This document shows positions 25,639 through 34,000 of a stretch of DNA of 55,008 nt, piece by piece (positions within the stretch are counted from its first letter, which is position 1; every line of letters begins with the position of its first letter). The notes under the pieces were generated by a model. That model worked only from the letters and a program-made list of their open reading frames with translations, did no database searches and was not told where the DNA came from. The DNA lies in NCBI GenBank assembly GCA_035644415.1, contig DASQOP010000280.1:1-55008 (forward strand), given 5' to 3'. The position numbers and the translations under genes were made by a program. Origin of the DNA: Burkholderiales bacterium (GTDB lineage: Bacteria; Pseudomonadota; Gammaproteobacteria; Burkholderiales; JACQAP01).

Positions 25639-26661
25639 ATGGCCGACGTTTTTAGTACAGATGTTCTGACCGCTGTGCTCCAAAGTTTACTGGGCAACCC
25701 TCAGTTCCTGCTGGACCGCTTCTTCGGCATCACGCAGGCCGAGGCCAGCGAACAGATCCACTTCGACGTGATGCAGGGCAAGCGGCGCGTTTCGCCCTTC
25801 GTCTCGCCGCTGGTGGAAGGACAGGTGGTCGCTTCGCAGGGATTCGTCACCAACACCTTCACGCCAGCCTACATCAAGGACAAGCGGGTGTTCGATATGA
25901 ACCGGCCCTTGAAGCGCGGGCCAGGCGAGCAGATCGGCGGCACGATGGTCCCTGCGGATCGCCTGCGCGCGCTGATCGCCTTCGATATGCAGGACCAGCT
26001 GAATATGCTGCGCCGCCGTCTGGAGGTGATGTGCGGCGAAGTCCTGGCCAGCGGCAAGAGCACGATCAGCGGCGACAAGTACCCCACGCAGGTAGTGGAC
26101 TTCCAGCGCTCGGCCACCCACCAGATCGTGGCCGCTCCGCTGTGGAGCACGGCCAGCCCGCCGATTCTAAACAACCTCCAGGACTGGGCCCAGATCTGTC
26201 TCGAAGACACCGGCGTCTTTCCTAATGACGTCATCATGACCGTGGATGTTTGGAAAGTCTTCCGCGCCGACCCGGCGATTGTCAACGTGCTCAATATCTT
26301 CCGCCGCAACACGGACACCCCGAGTGTCATGCCGATGGCGCAAGTGACCGAGGGCGGCGTGCTGATGGGCAATATCGAAGGGTTCAACATCTGGGTCTAT
26401 TCGGGCTGGTATGTGGACCCGGCAGACGGCGTGGAGAAACCCATCATCCCGGCGGGCACGGTGATCATGTGCTCTCCGTCGCTCGAAGGGGTGCAGGCCT
26501 ATGGCGCGATCCGCGACGAGGAGATCGGCTTGCAGCCGGTGCCGTATTACGTCAAGTCCTGGATCCAGTACGACCCCAGCGTGCGCTACGTGATGCTGCA
26601 AAGCGCACCGATCATGGTTCCGTTCCGTCCCAACGCCTCGCTGGCCGCGAAGGTGCTTTAA
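25639..26661 (+). CDS. major capsid protein, lambda E family
   Basis: MADVFSTDVLTAVL....FLLDRFF......SEQIHFDV....RRVSPFVSP..G.VV...GF...TFTPAYIK is the Phage_cap_E N-terminal signature. Confidence 0.9.
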   Translation: MADVFSTDVLTAVLQSLLGNPQFLLDRFFGITQAEASEQIHFDVMQGKRRVSPFVSPLVEGQVVASQGFVTNTFTPAYIKDKRVFDMNRPLKRGPGEQIGGTMVPADRLRALIAFDMQDQLNMLRRRLEVMCGEVLASGKSTISGDKYPTQVVDFQRSATHQIVAAPLWSTASPPILNNLQDWAQICLEDTGVFPNDVIMTVDVWKVFRADPAIVNVLNIFRRNTDTPSVMPMAQVTEGGVLMGNIEGFNIWVYSGWYVDPADGVEKPIIPAGTVIMCSPSLEGVQAYGAIRDEEIGLQPVPYYVKSWIQYDPSVRYVMLQSAPIMVPFRPNASLAAKVL

Positions 26662-26765
26662 ATGCGGGACGGCGAAGATCCGCGGTGCCAGCGGAAAGCG
26701 CCTAGCGCGCCTTCAAATCTTTACTGGGGGTTTGGGGGCGCGGGCGCGCTGACGAGGAGGGTTTG

Positions 26766-27101
26766 ATGAGCAGCTTTATCAATCCGTTCCTCTCCGACTA
26801 CCTGCCGAACCTGTTCTGGCCGGCGGAACTGGCCACCTTCGGGAGGCAGGTCCAATACCTGCCGCAAGGCGACGCGGGGCAAGCGGTCGCGGTGACCATC
26901 CTGTGGAAAGAGGGCGCGAGCGACGAGGAAGTGTCGCCGGGCCGCTACAGCCATATCGACCTGCAGAACGCGGATCTGCCGGTCGCGCCCGCCCTGGGCG
27001 ACATTGTGCAGAAGGACGGCAAGGAATACGACGTGGTGCGGGTGAACGCTCTCGCGGTCGGCTACTCCACGATCGTGCTGCAAGAAGGGGGAACACTCTA
27101 A
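26766..27101 (+). CDS. head-tail connector/head completion protein (positional)
   Basis: First gene after the capsid gene; 111 aa. Confidence 0.55.
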   Translation: MSSFINPFLSDYLPNLFWPAELATFGRQVQYLPQGDAGQAVAVTILWKEGASDEEVSPGRYSHIDLQNADLPVAPALGDIVQKDGKEYDVVRVNALAVGYSTIVLQEGGTL

Positions 27102-27619
27102 TGGCGCAAGGAATCCTGGCTGGTCCCATCGCCGCCACGCAAGCCTCGATGAACATTCAGGTGAAGCGCACCGGCAGGGTGCGCGCGCCCAAGCTCGACG
27201 ATCCGCAGCTCGCGGCGATTGGCTTGAAGATGGTCGCGGAACAGAAAGCGCGGTGGGCCAGAGGCATGGATGCGGCCGGGCAGACCGCGAAGAAGCTCAC
27301 CGTCCGCTACGCCATCATCAAACAGGCCGTGCTGCATAAACGGCCCGTGCGCGACATGCACCTGACCGGCGCCACGATCAAGAATTTCCAGCTGCGCAAG
27401 GCCACGCTGGGGACCATCCGCGCCGAGAACACCACGCGCCTGGAGCGGTCGAAGGCGCGGCGGTGCCAGGGTTACGACCAGATGATCGGCTTTGCGCTCA
27501 CCGACACCAAAGTGGTGTTCGATGCGGCGCAGAACGAATTTGGCCAGTACGTGAACAAGGCCTGGATCCCGCTCGACGGCACTAACCGCCGCCCAGGGAC
27601 GCTGAACATGCTGCCGTGA
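27101..27619 (+). CDS. virion morphogenesis / tail completion protein (positional)
   Basis: ATG overlapping the upstream TAA; in frame with track ORF 26903..27619. Confidence 0.55.
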   Translation: MAQGILAGPIAATQASMNIQVKRTGRVRAPKLDDPQLAAIGLKMVAEQKARWARGMDAAGQTAKKLTVRYAIIKQAVLHKRPVRDMHLTGATIKNFQLRKATLGTIRAENTTRLERSKARRCQGYDQMIGFALTDTKVVFDAAQNEFGQYVNKAWIPLDGTNRRPGTLNMLP

Positions 27620-27626
27620 GAACCGG

Positions 27627-28088
27627 ATGATCAAGCTGGCCGATCTGGTGAATGCGATGGCGCAAACGTTGACCAACATCCCGGAACTGGTGGCCCAGCT
27701 GGCGCCCACCGATCCGGTGAAGGCGTATATCGACTTCAATCCCACCAGCAATTCCGTGGATAACGCCATCTATCAGATGCAGCCGGGCCAGCTGCTGGTC
27801 ATGTGGGTGGAGACCGCGCTGGTGACCGAAGCCATGAGCAAGTGGAGCCACCGCGTGGAGATTTGCGTGCGCGCCATGCGCGACCATTCCGACCTCGATC
27901 TGGTAGACCAGATCCTGAACGGCGTCCCGGTCCCCGGTGACGGCCAGATCTGGCGCATGTGTCCTATCCTCGCGGGCGTGCTTCCCACCGACGTGTTAGG
28001 CATTGCCCGCCGCACCGATACCGAAGGCGTGGACTACGCCGTAATTCTGACCGAGACGGCCGAGACAGGCGACTGGCCTCTGCCTTAA
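27627..28088 (+). CDS. tail terminator/completion protein (positional)
   Basis: 153-aa ORF immediately before the putative tube gene. Confidence 0.5.
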   Translation: MIKLADLVNAMAQTLTNIPELVAQLAPTDPVKAYIDFNPTSNSVDNAIYQMQPGQLLVMWVETALVTEAMSKWSHRVEICVRAMRDHSDLDLVDQILNGVPVPGDGQIWRMCPILAGVLPTDVLGIARRTDTEGVDYAVILTETAETGDWPLP

Positions 28089-28110
28089 ACCCTTGGAGGT
28101 GATTCGACCG

Positions 28111-29202
28111 ATGGCAACCTTAACCGCTCCCGCGCCGCTGGCAGGAGGACCGATCTCCTGCCCGGCGAATATTCAGGAGACCAGAATCGCGTTCGGCTAC
28201 AAGCCGCAGACGGACGTGCCGACGATCAACGCGCTTGCCGACATGTGGGCGCTGACCAAGGTGAATCCGGCCCTGTCGGTGGTCAATCCGGTCAACGAAA
28301 CCAACGCGCTCGATATCGGCAAGGGTAACGAGTTCCCCAGCCAGACGTTCCCGTCGCATCAGGACACCAGCGTGGCTCTCGAAAAGTACGTCTCGAGTGA
28401 GTTCCTCGCCTGGCTGTTCTGTTTCACAACCGGCCAAGCCACCAAGACCGTGGCCGGAACCGGCTTCGCCTATGCGGCCGTGCCCAACGATCCCGCGGTT
28501 ACCTGCATCAATCTGCCGTGCTTCACCTGGGACGAGCAGATCCGGCCTTCCCCGAATTCGGTAGTAGACCGGGCGCTGATCGGCTGTGTGGTGGGCGACT
28601 GGGCGCTGACCATGTCCAGCGGGCCGGGGCGCGCCAACTGCCGGGTGGCCTGCACGCTTCCCGGGTCGGGGCGCGTGCAGAGTCCCGGCCTGTCGCCGCT
28701 GCCCGCGCTCACGCCGGAGCACTTCCTGAACGCCTCGGGTGCTTTCATTACCATCAACGGCATTGATTACGTGCTTCAGCAGACCTTCATGAGCCTGGAG
28801 TTTCGCTACAACAACAACGTGCGGCTCGACACCGGGCTATATCCCGGCTCGGGCACCCAAAACGGTTTCGGCGTGCGAGGCCGCATGGAATACGGCGTCC
28901 GCGAAATGAGTTTGAATTTCGTGGCCCGCGCGCAGAAAGGCAGCATAGAGTACAACAACTTGATCAATCAGGTGGAAGGGCCGGTGAGCTTCGGGGTGAA
29001 GGGGGCGCTAATCGACACCACCTTCTACCACAATTTCACGATCTCGATGCCGCGCACCATCATGCAGGCGGTGGTCAATGGCGACGACGCCAACATCGTC
29101 ACCGTGCAGTGCGGGGTCACGGCGCTGCAACCGACCGACGGGATCACGCCCATCATCACCATGAGCGCCACCACCACGAAGGACGGAATCCTGGGGCTAT
29201 GA
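28111..29202 (+). CDS. major tail (tube) protein (positional)
   Basis: GGAGGTGAT RBS 7 nt upstream of ATG 28111; large beta-rich protein preceding chaperone and tape measure. Confidence 0.55.
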   Translation: MATLTAPAPLAGGPISCPANIQETRIAFGYKPQTDVPTINALADMWALTKVNPALSVVNPVNETNALDIGKGNEFPSQTFPSHQDTSVALEKYVSSEFLAWLFCFTTGQATKTVAGTGFAYAAVPNDPAVTCINLPCFTWDEQIRPSPNSVVDRALIGCVVGDWALTMSSGPGRANCRVACTLPGSGRVQSPGLSPLPALTPEHFLNASGAFITINGIDYVLQQTFMSLEFRYNNNVRLDTGLYPGSGTQNGFGVRGRMEYGVREMSLNFVARAQKGSIEYNNLINQVEGPVSFGVKGALIDTTFYHNFTISMPRTIMQAVVNGDDANIVTVQCGVTALQPTDGITPIITMSATTTKDGILGL

Positions 29203-29204
29203 GG

Positions 29205-29795
29205 CTAGAAGGGAAATTCGTCCCAATGAAAGTCGAGGGTCACGTTCGCCGCCTCAAAGTAGTGCGCTTGAATGCGTACCCGCTTTGCAGTCTGCAATTG
29301 AGCGATCAATTCCGATTGCCCGGTCCAGGCCGCGTTGGTCTGGTCATCGAATCGGAGCATCGTGAAATTCTGGACCGGCCCTTCATCGAAGCGAACGCGC
29401 AAAGGGCACACTATGCCGTAGCTTTTCCAATCCCCAATGAACTGGCCACGCTCCAGATGCAGGGACAAGATAAAGAGGCCCGGTTTCTCTTCGCTCACTC
29501 GCAATGTGCCATGCTGCGGCCCGTTGTAAGGGAAAGGAAACTCGACAAGATTGGTAGACCGCAGCGTGGCGAACCGCTGTTCGGTCCCATCCAGATCGTC
29601 GCGGGCGCCCCCGTGTTTCCACTGCTCCGGTTCTGGCTGCGCAGCCTCTTGATCCGGTTCCTTGGCAGCGGGCAGAGGAGCGGCGGGAACAGGAACCATA
29701 GCCGCTCGGCCGGAGTTGTAGGCAGTTGGGCGCTCCAGCCGGAACCAGTAACCCGCGCCTGCGGCGATCAGGACAATAAATATGAATCTGTGCAT
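29205..29795 (-). CDS. membrane-anchored moron protein of unknown function
   Basis: Opposite strand inside the tail operon; starts MHRFIFIVLIAAGAGYWF (signal-anchor), then a Pro/Glu-rich linker and a beta-rich domain; TACAAT lies 9 nt upstream. Confidence 0.6.
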   Translation of the reverse strand: MHRFIFIVLIAAGAGYWFRLERPTAYNSGRAAMVPVPAAPLPAAKEPDQEAAQPEPEQWKHGGARDDLDGTEQRFATLRSTNLVEFPFPYNGPQHGTLRVSEEKPGLFILSLHLERGQFIGDWKSYGIVCPLRVRFDEGPVQNFTMLRFDDQTNAAWTGQSELIAQLQTAKRVRIQAHYFEAANVTLDFHWDEFPF

Positions 29796-29869
29796 ACCAG
29801 TACCATTGTACCGGAATACGCTAAGTGCAGCCGGATGAAGGGGATACGCCGATGCAAAACGCAATCTGC

Positions 29870-29908
29870 AAAAATGGAAGGCGCGGTGGGTTATTTCTCG
29901 CGCCTTCC
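29870..29908 (-). terminator. intrinsic terminator on the - strand, directly after the array/palindrome
   Basis: GGAAGGCGCG-13 nt loop-CGCGCCTTCC followed by ATTTTT (read on the - strand). Confidence 0.6.
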
Positions 29909-29911
29909 TGT

Positions 29912-30013
29912 GTGCCATTGGCACCCTCGCCTTGCCGCACCGCGCCAAACCCAGCCATGGCTAGCCATGCCCAGCCGTGCCGAGCCTTGCCACGCCAGGC
30001 CCAGCCAAGCCCT
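29912..30013 (-). repeat. pentamer-phased G-rich array plus GTGCCAATGGCAC cap (copy A, inverted)
   Basis: On the - strand, 20 in-phase pentamers GGCTT GGCTG GGCCT GGCGT GGCAA ... GGCGA GGGTG CCAAT GGCAC. Confidence 0.85.
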
Positions 30014-30036
30014 AATGGACTTCACAATTATAGAGG

Positions 30037-30645
30037 ATGAAATCGATGTTTGATACCGCTGCAACCATTACCATCGGGCTGCGCGTGGCTGGCGCAGGGA
30101 AGACCGACATTACCGTGCGCTGGCCTTCCGACGAGGAATGGGCCATGCACCGCAAGCGCAGCAAGTTGATGATGCGCCAGATGGGCCGGGGCGCTTCGGA
30201 AATGGAGACCGACTCCAGCGCTGCCGACCAGAAGATGTATGAAGCCATCAAGCTCAACGGCGCGCCTCCCTTGACTGCGGGTGAAGCCACGACCATTATC
30301 CAGGCCATTGGCAAGTGCGACGTGCTGCGGGTGGATCTAGGTGCGGACGAGGCGGAGGCCGAGCTGCAAATCCTGACGGGCCGGGTGACGCACACCGTGC
30401 GCATCCCGACCCTCGACGAGGTGCGCAAGCTGCACCGTACGACGCGCTACCTAAACCTACCGTACAACTGCCAGGAGGTCCGCACCAGCATGGAAGCGGC
30501 GGCGGCGCTGTGGGATGCCTGCGGCGGGAAAGCGGACGGGTACGCCGGCGCGGTGCCGATTCTCCACAAGGATTCGGTGATCCGCCAGGTCATTATCGAA
30601 ATCGAGCGGGAAACAGCGGCGAGTTATGGCGAAGAAAATTTTTAG
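30037..30645 (+). CDS. tail assembly chaperone (gpG-like)
   Basis: Immediately upstream of the tape measure; ends in the slippery site A-AAT-TTT; alternative start ATG 30046 has better spacing to GAGGA. Confidence 0.65.
   Translation: MKSMFDTAATITIGLRVAGAGKTDITVRWPSDEEWAMHRKRSKLMMRQMGRGASEMETDSSAADQKMYEAIKLNGAPPLTAGEATTIIQAIGKCDVLRVDLGADEAEAELQILTGRVTHTVRIPTLDEVRKLHRTTRYLNLPYNCQEVRTSMEAAAALWDACGGKADGYAGAVPILHKDSVIRQVIIEIERETAASYGEENF
30636..30642 (+). promoter_or_regulatory. candidate -1 programmed frameshift site
   Basis: Heptamer A AAT TTT (X XXY YYZ) in the zero frame, one codon before the TAG stop. Confidence 0.5.
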
Positions 30646-31004
30646 CGGGCGGGGGTTGGCCGGCTCAACCTTCGCCGAGGTTTATCCTCCACCGAATGCT
30701 CCGCCGCGACCAACTGTGCCCCGGTTCTGGCGAATGCCCCGAGGCACTGATGCGCGATCCTTTCGCGGACGCCAACTCCCCGCCGTGCGACGAATGCCCG
30801 CTGGCGCTGCTGGACGAATATCTAGCGACCCCAGCAGGCCGGTTGATAGGCCTCACCATCGACCTGGATTTCGCAATGCAAGCGGGGGTGACCGTTAGCC
30901 TCCAAGACATCACCTACCCGGAGTTTTTGTTGCTCCGCTTCCTGAGCGAGGAGCGGAACCGCTTCCACGCGGAAGCGGCGGAGAGGGCGGCGCGTGGCCA
31001 GTAA
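30642..31004 (+). CDS. -1 frame extension of the chaperone (gpGT-like); could alternatively start independently at ATG 30696
   Basis: The -1 frame is open from the slippery site to 31004 and ends overlapping the tape-measure start; the C-terminal part is protein-like (..LLDEYLATPAGRLIGLTIDLDFAMQAGV..). Confidence 0.5.
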   Translation, partial: LAGGGWPAQPSPRFILHRMLRRDQLCPGSGECPEALMRDPFADANSPPCDECPLALLDEYLATPAGRLIGLTIDLDFAMQAGVTVSLQDITYPEFLLLRFLSEERNRFHAEAAERAARGQ

Positions 31005-34000
31005 CACGATTTACCTCCAAGTCGATTTCAACAGCGAGACCGCGCAGCAGAACGTCAACGCCCTCAATCAGTCGATTGCCACGACCGGCCCCACCGCAGA
31101 GAAAAGTTCCAAACAGGCCACCGCTGGCTTCCAGTCCATCGGCGTCTCGATTCAGAGCGTCAACCGGGAGTTCTCGCAGCTGACCTCTGCCCTGGCAGGA
31201 CTGGGGATCGCGCGCGTGATCGCCGGCATGGTGCAGATGTCTGCCGAGTTGAGCCGCACGCAGTTGGCTATGCAGTCGTTCACGGGGAGCGCGGCAGAGG
31301 CTAACAAGGTCTTCGAGCAGGTGCGCGCGATCGCGGCGACCAGCCCGTTCCGGTTCAAGGATCTGGAAGAGACGGCGCGCCAGTTGCTCGGCTTCGGCAT
31401 GGCCGCCAAAAACGTGCCCGACACGCTGCGCGTGATCACCGACCAGGTGGGCCGCATGGGCGGCTCGATTGAGAACGTCAACAACGTGGTGCGCCTCTTC
31501 GGTCGCATCATGGAAAAGGATTTCGTCGGAGCAATGGACCTGATGCGGGCGCTGCCGCAGCAGGGCGTGCAGGTGATGACCGCGCTGCGCGAGGCCATGT
31601 CGAAGCAGCTGGGCCGCGCCATCGACGTGGAGGGAGTTCGGGACGCGATTAAGGAAGGCATTCTGGACCCGCTGCAAACCATCCGCGTGGTGCTCGACTC
31701 CATGCGGAAGGCCGGCGGCTTCGGTGCTTCGCTGGCCGACGCCGCGCTGGCGTTCAAGAATATGGCCGACGCGGCTCAGAACGCGGTCAGCCAGCTGTTC
31801 GGGCCACAGGGCTTTGGACCGGCGCTTAGGAAGTTGGGCACTGAGATCGGCAACCTGCTGGCGCCGCTCGGCGGTCTGCTCGACTATCTGATGAAACTGC
31901 CGGATCCCACGAAGCTGGTGATCCTCCAAGTCTTGGCTGGGGCGGCGGCGGTCGCGGCCCTTGGCACTGCGCTCGCCATTGTCACTAGTCTAGCCAGCCC
32001 GCTGCTCAGTCTCACCGCGGCGATTTTCAAGTTCACGGTGGGACTGGCGACCATGAACCCGCAACTGGCCATTACGGTGGTGTTGCTCGGCACGTTGGCC
32101 TTTGCCGCCTATAAGCTGATCCCGCAATTCCAAGGGATGGTGGATACCCTGGTCGGCGGGGTGGCCGGCAAGATTAAAACGGCCCTGACCGGCCTGGCGG
32201 AACAGGGCAAGAAGTTCATGGCCGGGATTTTCAAGGGCGGGGGCCAGATCGAACCGGGCGATATCCTCGACACCGCCAAGCTGTTCGAGAAACTCCGTCT
32301 GGAGGAACAGAAACACGCTGATGCGGCGCAGCGCAGTTTACTCGAAGCGCTGGCCTCGCCGGTCGAGGCGGTGCGCCTGAAATACGCGACCCTCTTCAGC
32401 GAACTGGAGGAAAAGATCAAACTCCTTCCGCAGGCCCAGCAGCAGGCACTGCGCGCCATCCTGGTCGGTGCCGAAGTGACCGAGACGGCGGGGGCGAAAT
32501 TCAAGGAGCAGAAAAAGCAGGAGGACGAATTCACCCGCTATCAGGTGGAGCGCGCCAAGGGAGCGGCCGACGCGCAGGTGGCCTACATCGAGGCGCAGGA
32601 CGCTCAGGATCTGCGCAGCAAGGTGCGCAACATCGACCGCATCACCCAGATCCGCATGGACGCCGCGAAGCAGGTTGCGGACATCGAAAACAACAACCTG
32701 GAGGATCAATTCCACCGCTTCGAGAAGATGGCCAACGACTACCGCAAGCAGTTCGCCGCAGCGGGCGTGGACGTGGACAAGATGATCGAGGCCCACCGCA
32801 AAGAAACCGACGATAAGGAAGCGGCGGTGACCAGGAAGCAATTCGACGAGGGGCAGAAATACCGGCTGGAAGGGTGGAAGAAGGCTAACGATCTGATCAT
32901 CGAAGACCAGAAGCGGGTGTACGACGCCTTCAAGGATCAGTTCAGCCAACTGTTCGACGTGTTCACCGATAAGACCAAGAGCCTCGGTCAGGCACTGGGG
33001 GACTTCTTCAAAAAACTGGTGCTGGGCGAGGCCAAGGAGCTATTCGCCAGCCAACTGGCAGGGGTGGCCACCGCAGCGGCAGGTTATGGGCAGCCGCAGG
33101 AAAGCTTGGGCAGGGGTGGGCAGGGGATCCTGGGAACCCTGCTGCGTCGCGGGATGCCGCCGCGGCCACCCCTGCCGCCGCCAGACGTGCAGCAGATCAA
33201 CGCGACGCAGAGCGACATCTCGTTCCCGGTAGCCAGCGCGTTTCAGAACAGCACGCACAGCTACGAGATCGCTACCAACGCCTACTCCGACGCCACCATC
33301 CGTTTCGCGGAGGCGGTCAACAACTTCGCCGGCGCCACCGTGCAGCATGAGGGCAGCGCCGACCGCATGGCGGATACCACCACCACCATGAAGGAGGCCT
33401 TTCAGACAGCCAGCGGGGCCACCGGCGTGCCGCAGACTCTCTTGCGGGCCGTGGCGCAAGCCGAGTCCAGTATGAGACCGGGGGCCGTCTCGTCCGCAGG
33501 CGCAATGGGCCTCATGCAGTTGATGCCCGGGACGGCCCGCGAACACGGCGTGACCGACGTGTTCAATGTCGGGCAAAACGTGATGGGCGGCGCACAACAC
33601 CTGCAGGAGATGCTCACCCGCTACCACGGCAATGTGCCGCTGGCGCTGGCGGCTTACAACATGGGCGCGCACGCTTTAGACCAACGGTTGGCTTCCGGTC
33701 GTGCGCTGCCCGCGGAGACTAAGGCCTACGTCGCCCGCATCACGCAGCTGATGGCAGCGGCACCCGAAGCGGCTGGTGGCGGTGGCGCCGATCTCCTTCC
33801 TGGCGGTGAGGACGCCCGCTATCTCGCGGCCACTGGCGGCGGGGGCGCTCCCGCGGTTACGATGGCTCAACTGGCAGCGTTGCCGCAGCGCGCCCAGCCA
33901 CTGTTTCTGCCAGGTGTGCCCAGCTTTCAGGCGGAAGGCGCGGGAGCCGTCACCGGGCCCAGCGTGGCGGAACTGGCCAACCTGCCGATGGGTCTCACGG

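Larger units (their letters stand above)
29870..30020 (-). ncRNA. candidate ~150-nt non-coding RNA made of the array (hypothetical)
   Basis: TATAAT at 30032-30027 (- strand), then array body, palindrome and terminator; no -35 found and no expression data. Confidence 0.3.

Noticed and set aside
26662-26765. A small ORF starting at the ATG directly after the capsid stop (MRDGEDPRCQRKAPS...)
   Set aside because: It has no RBS and a junk-like composition, and it sits in the spacer before the connector gene.
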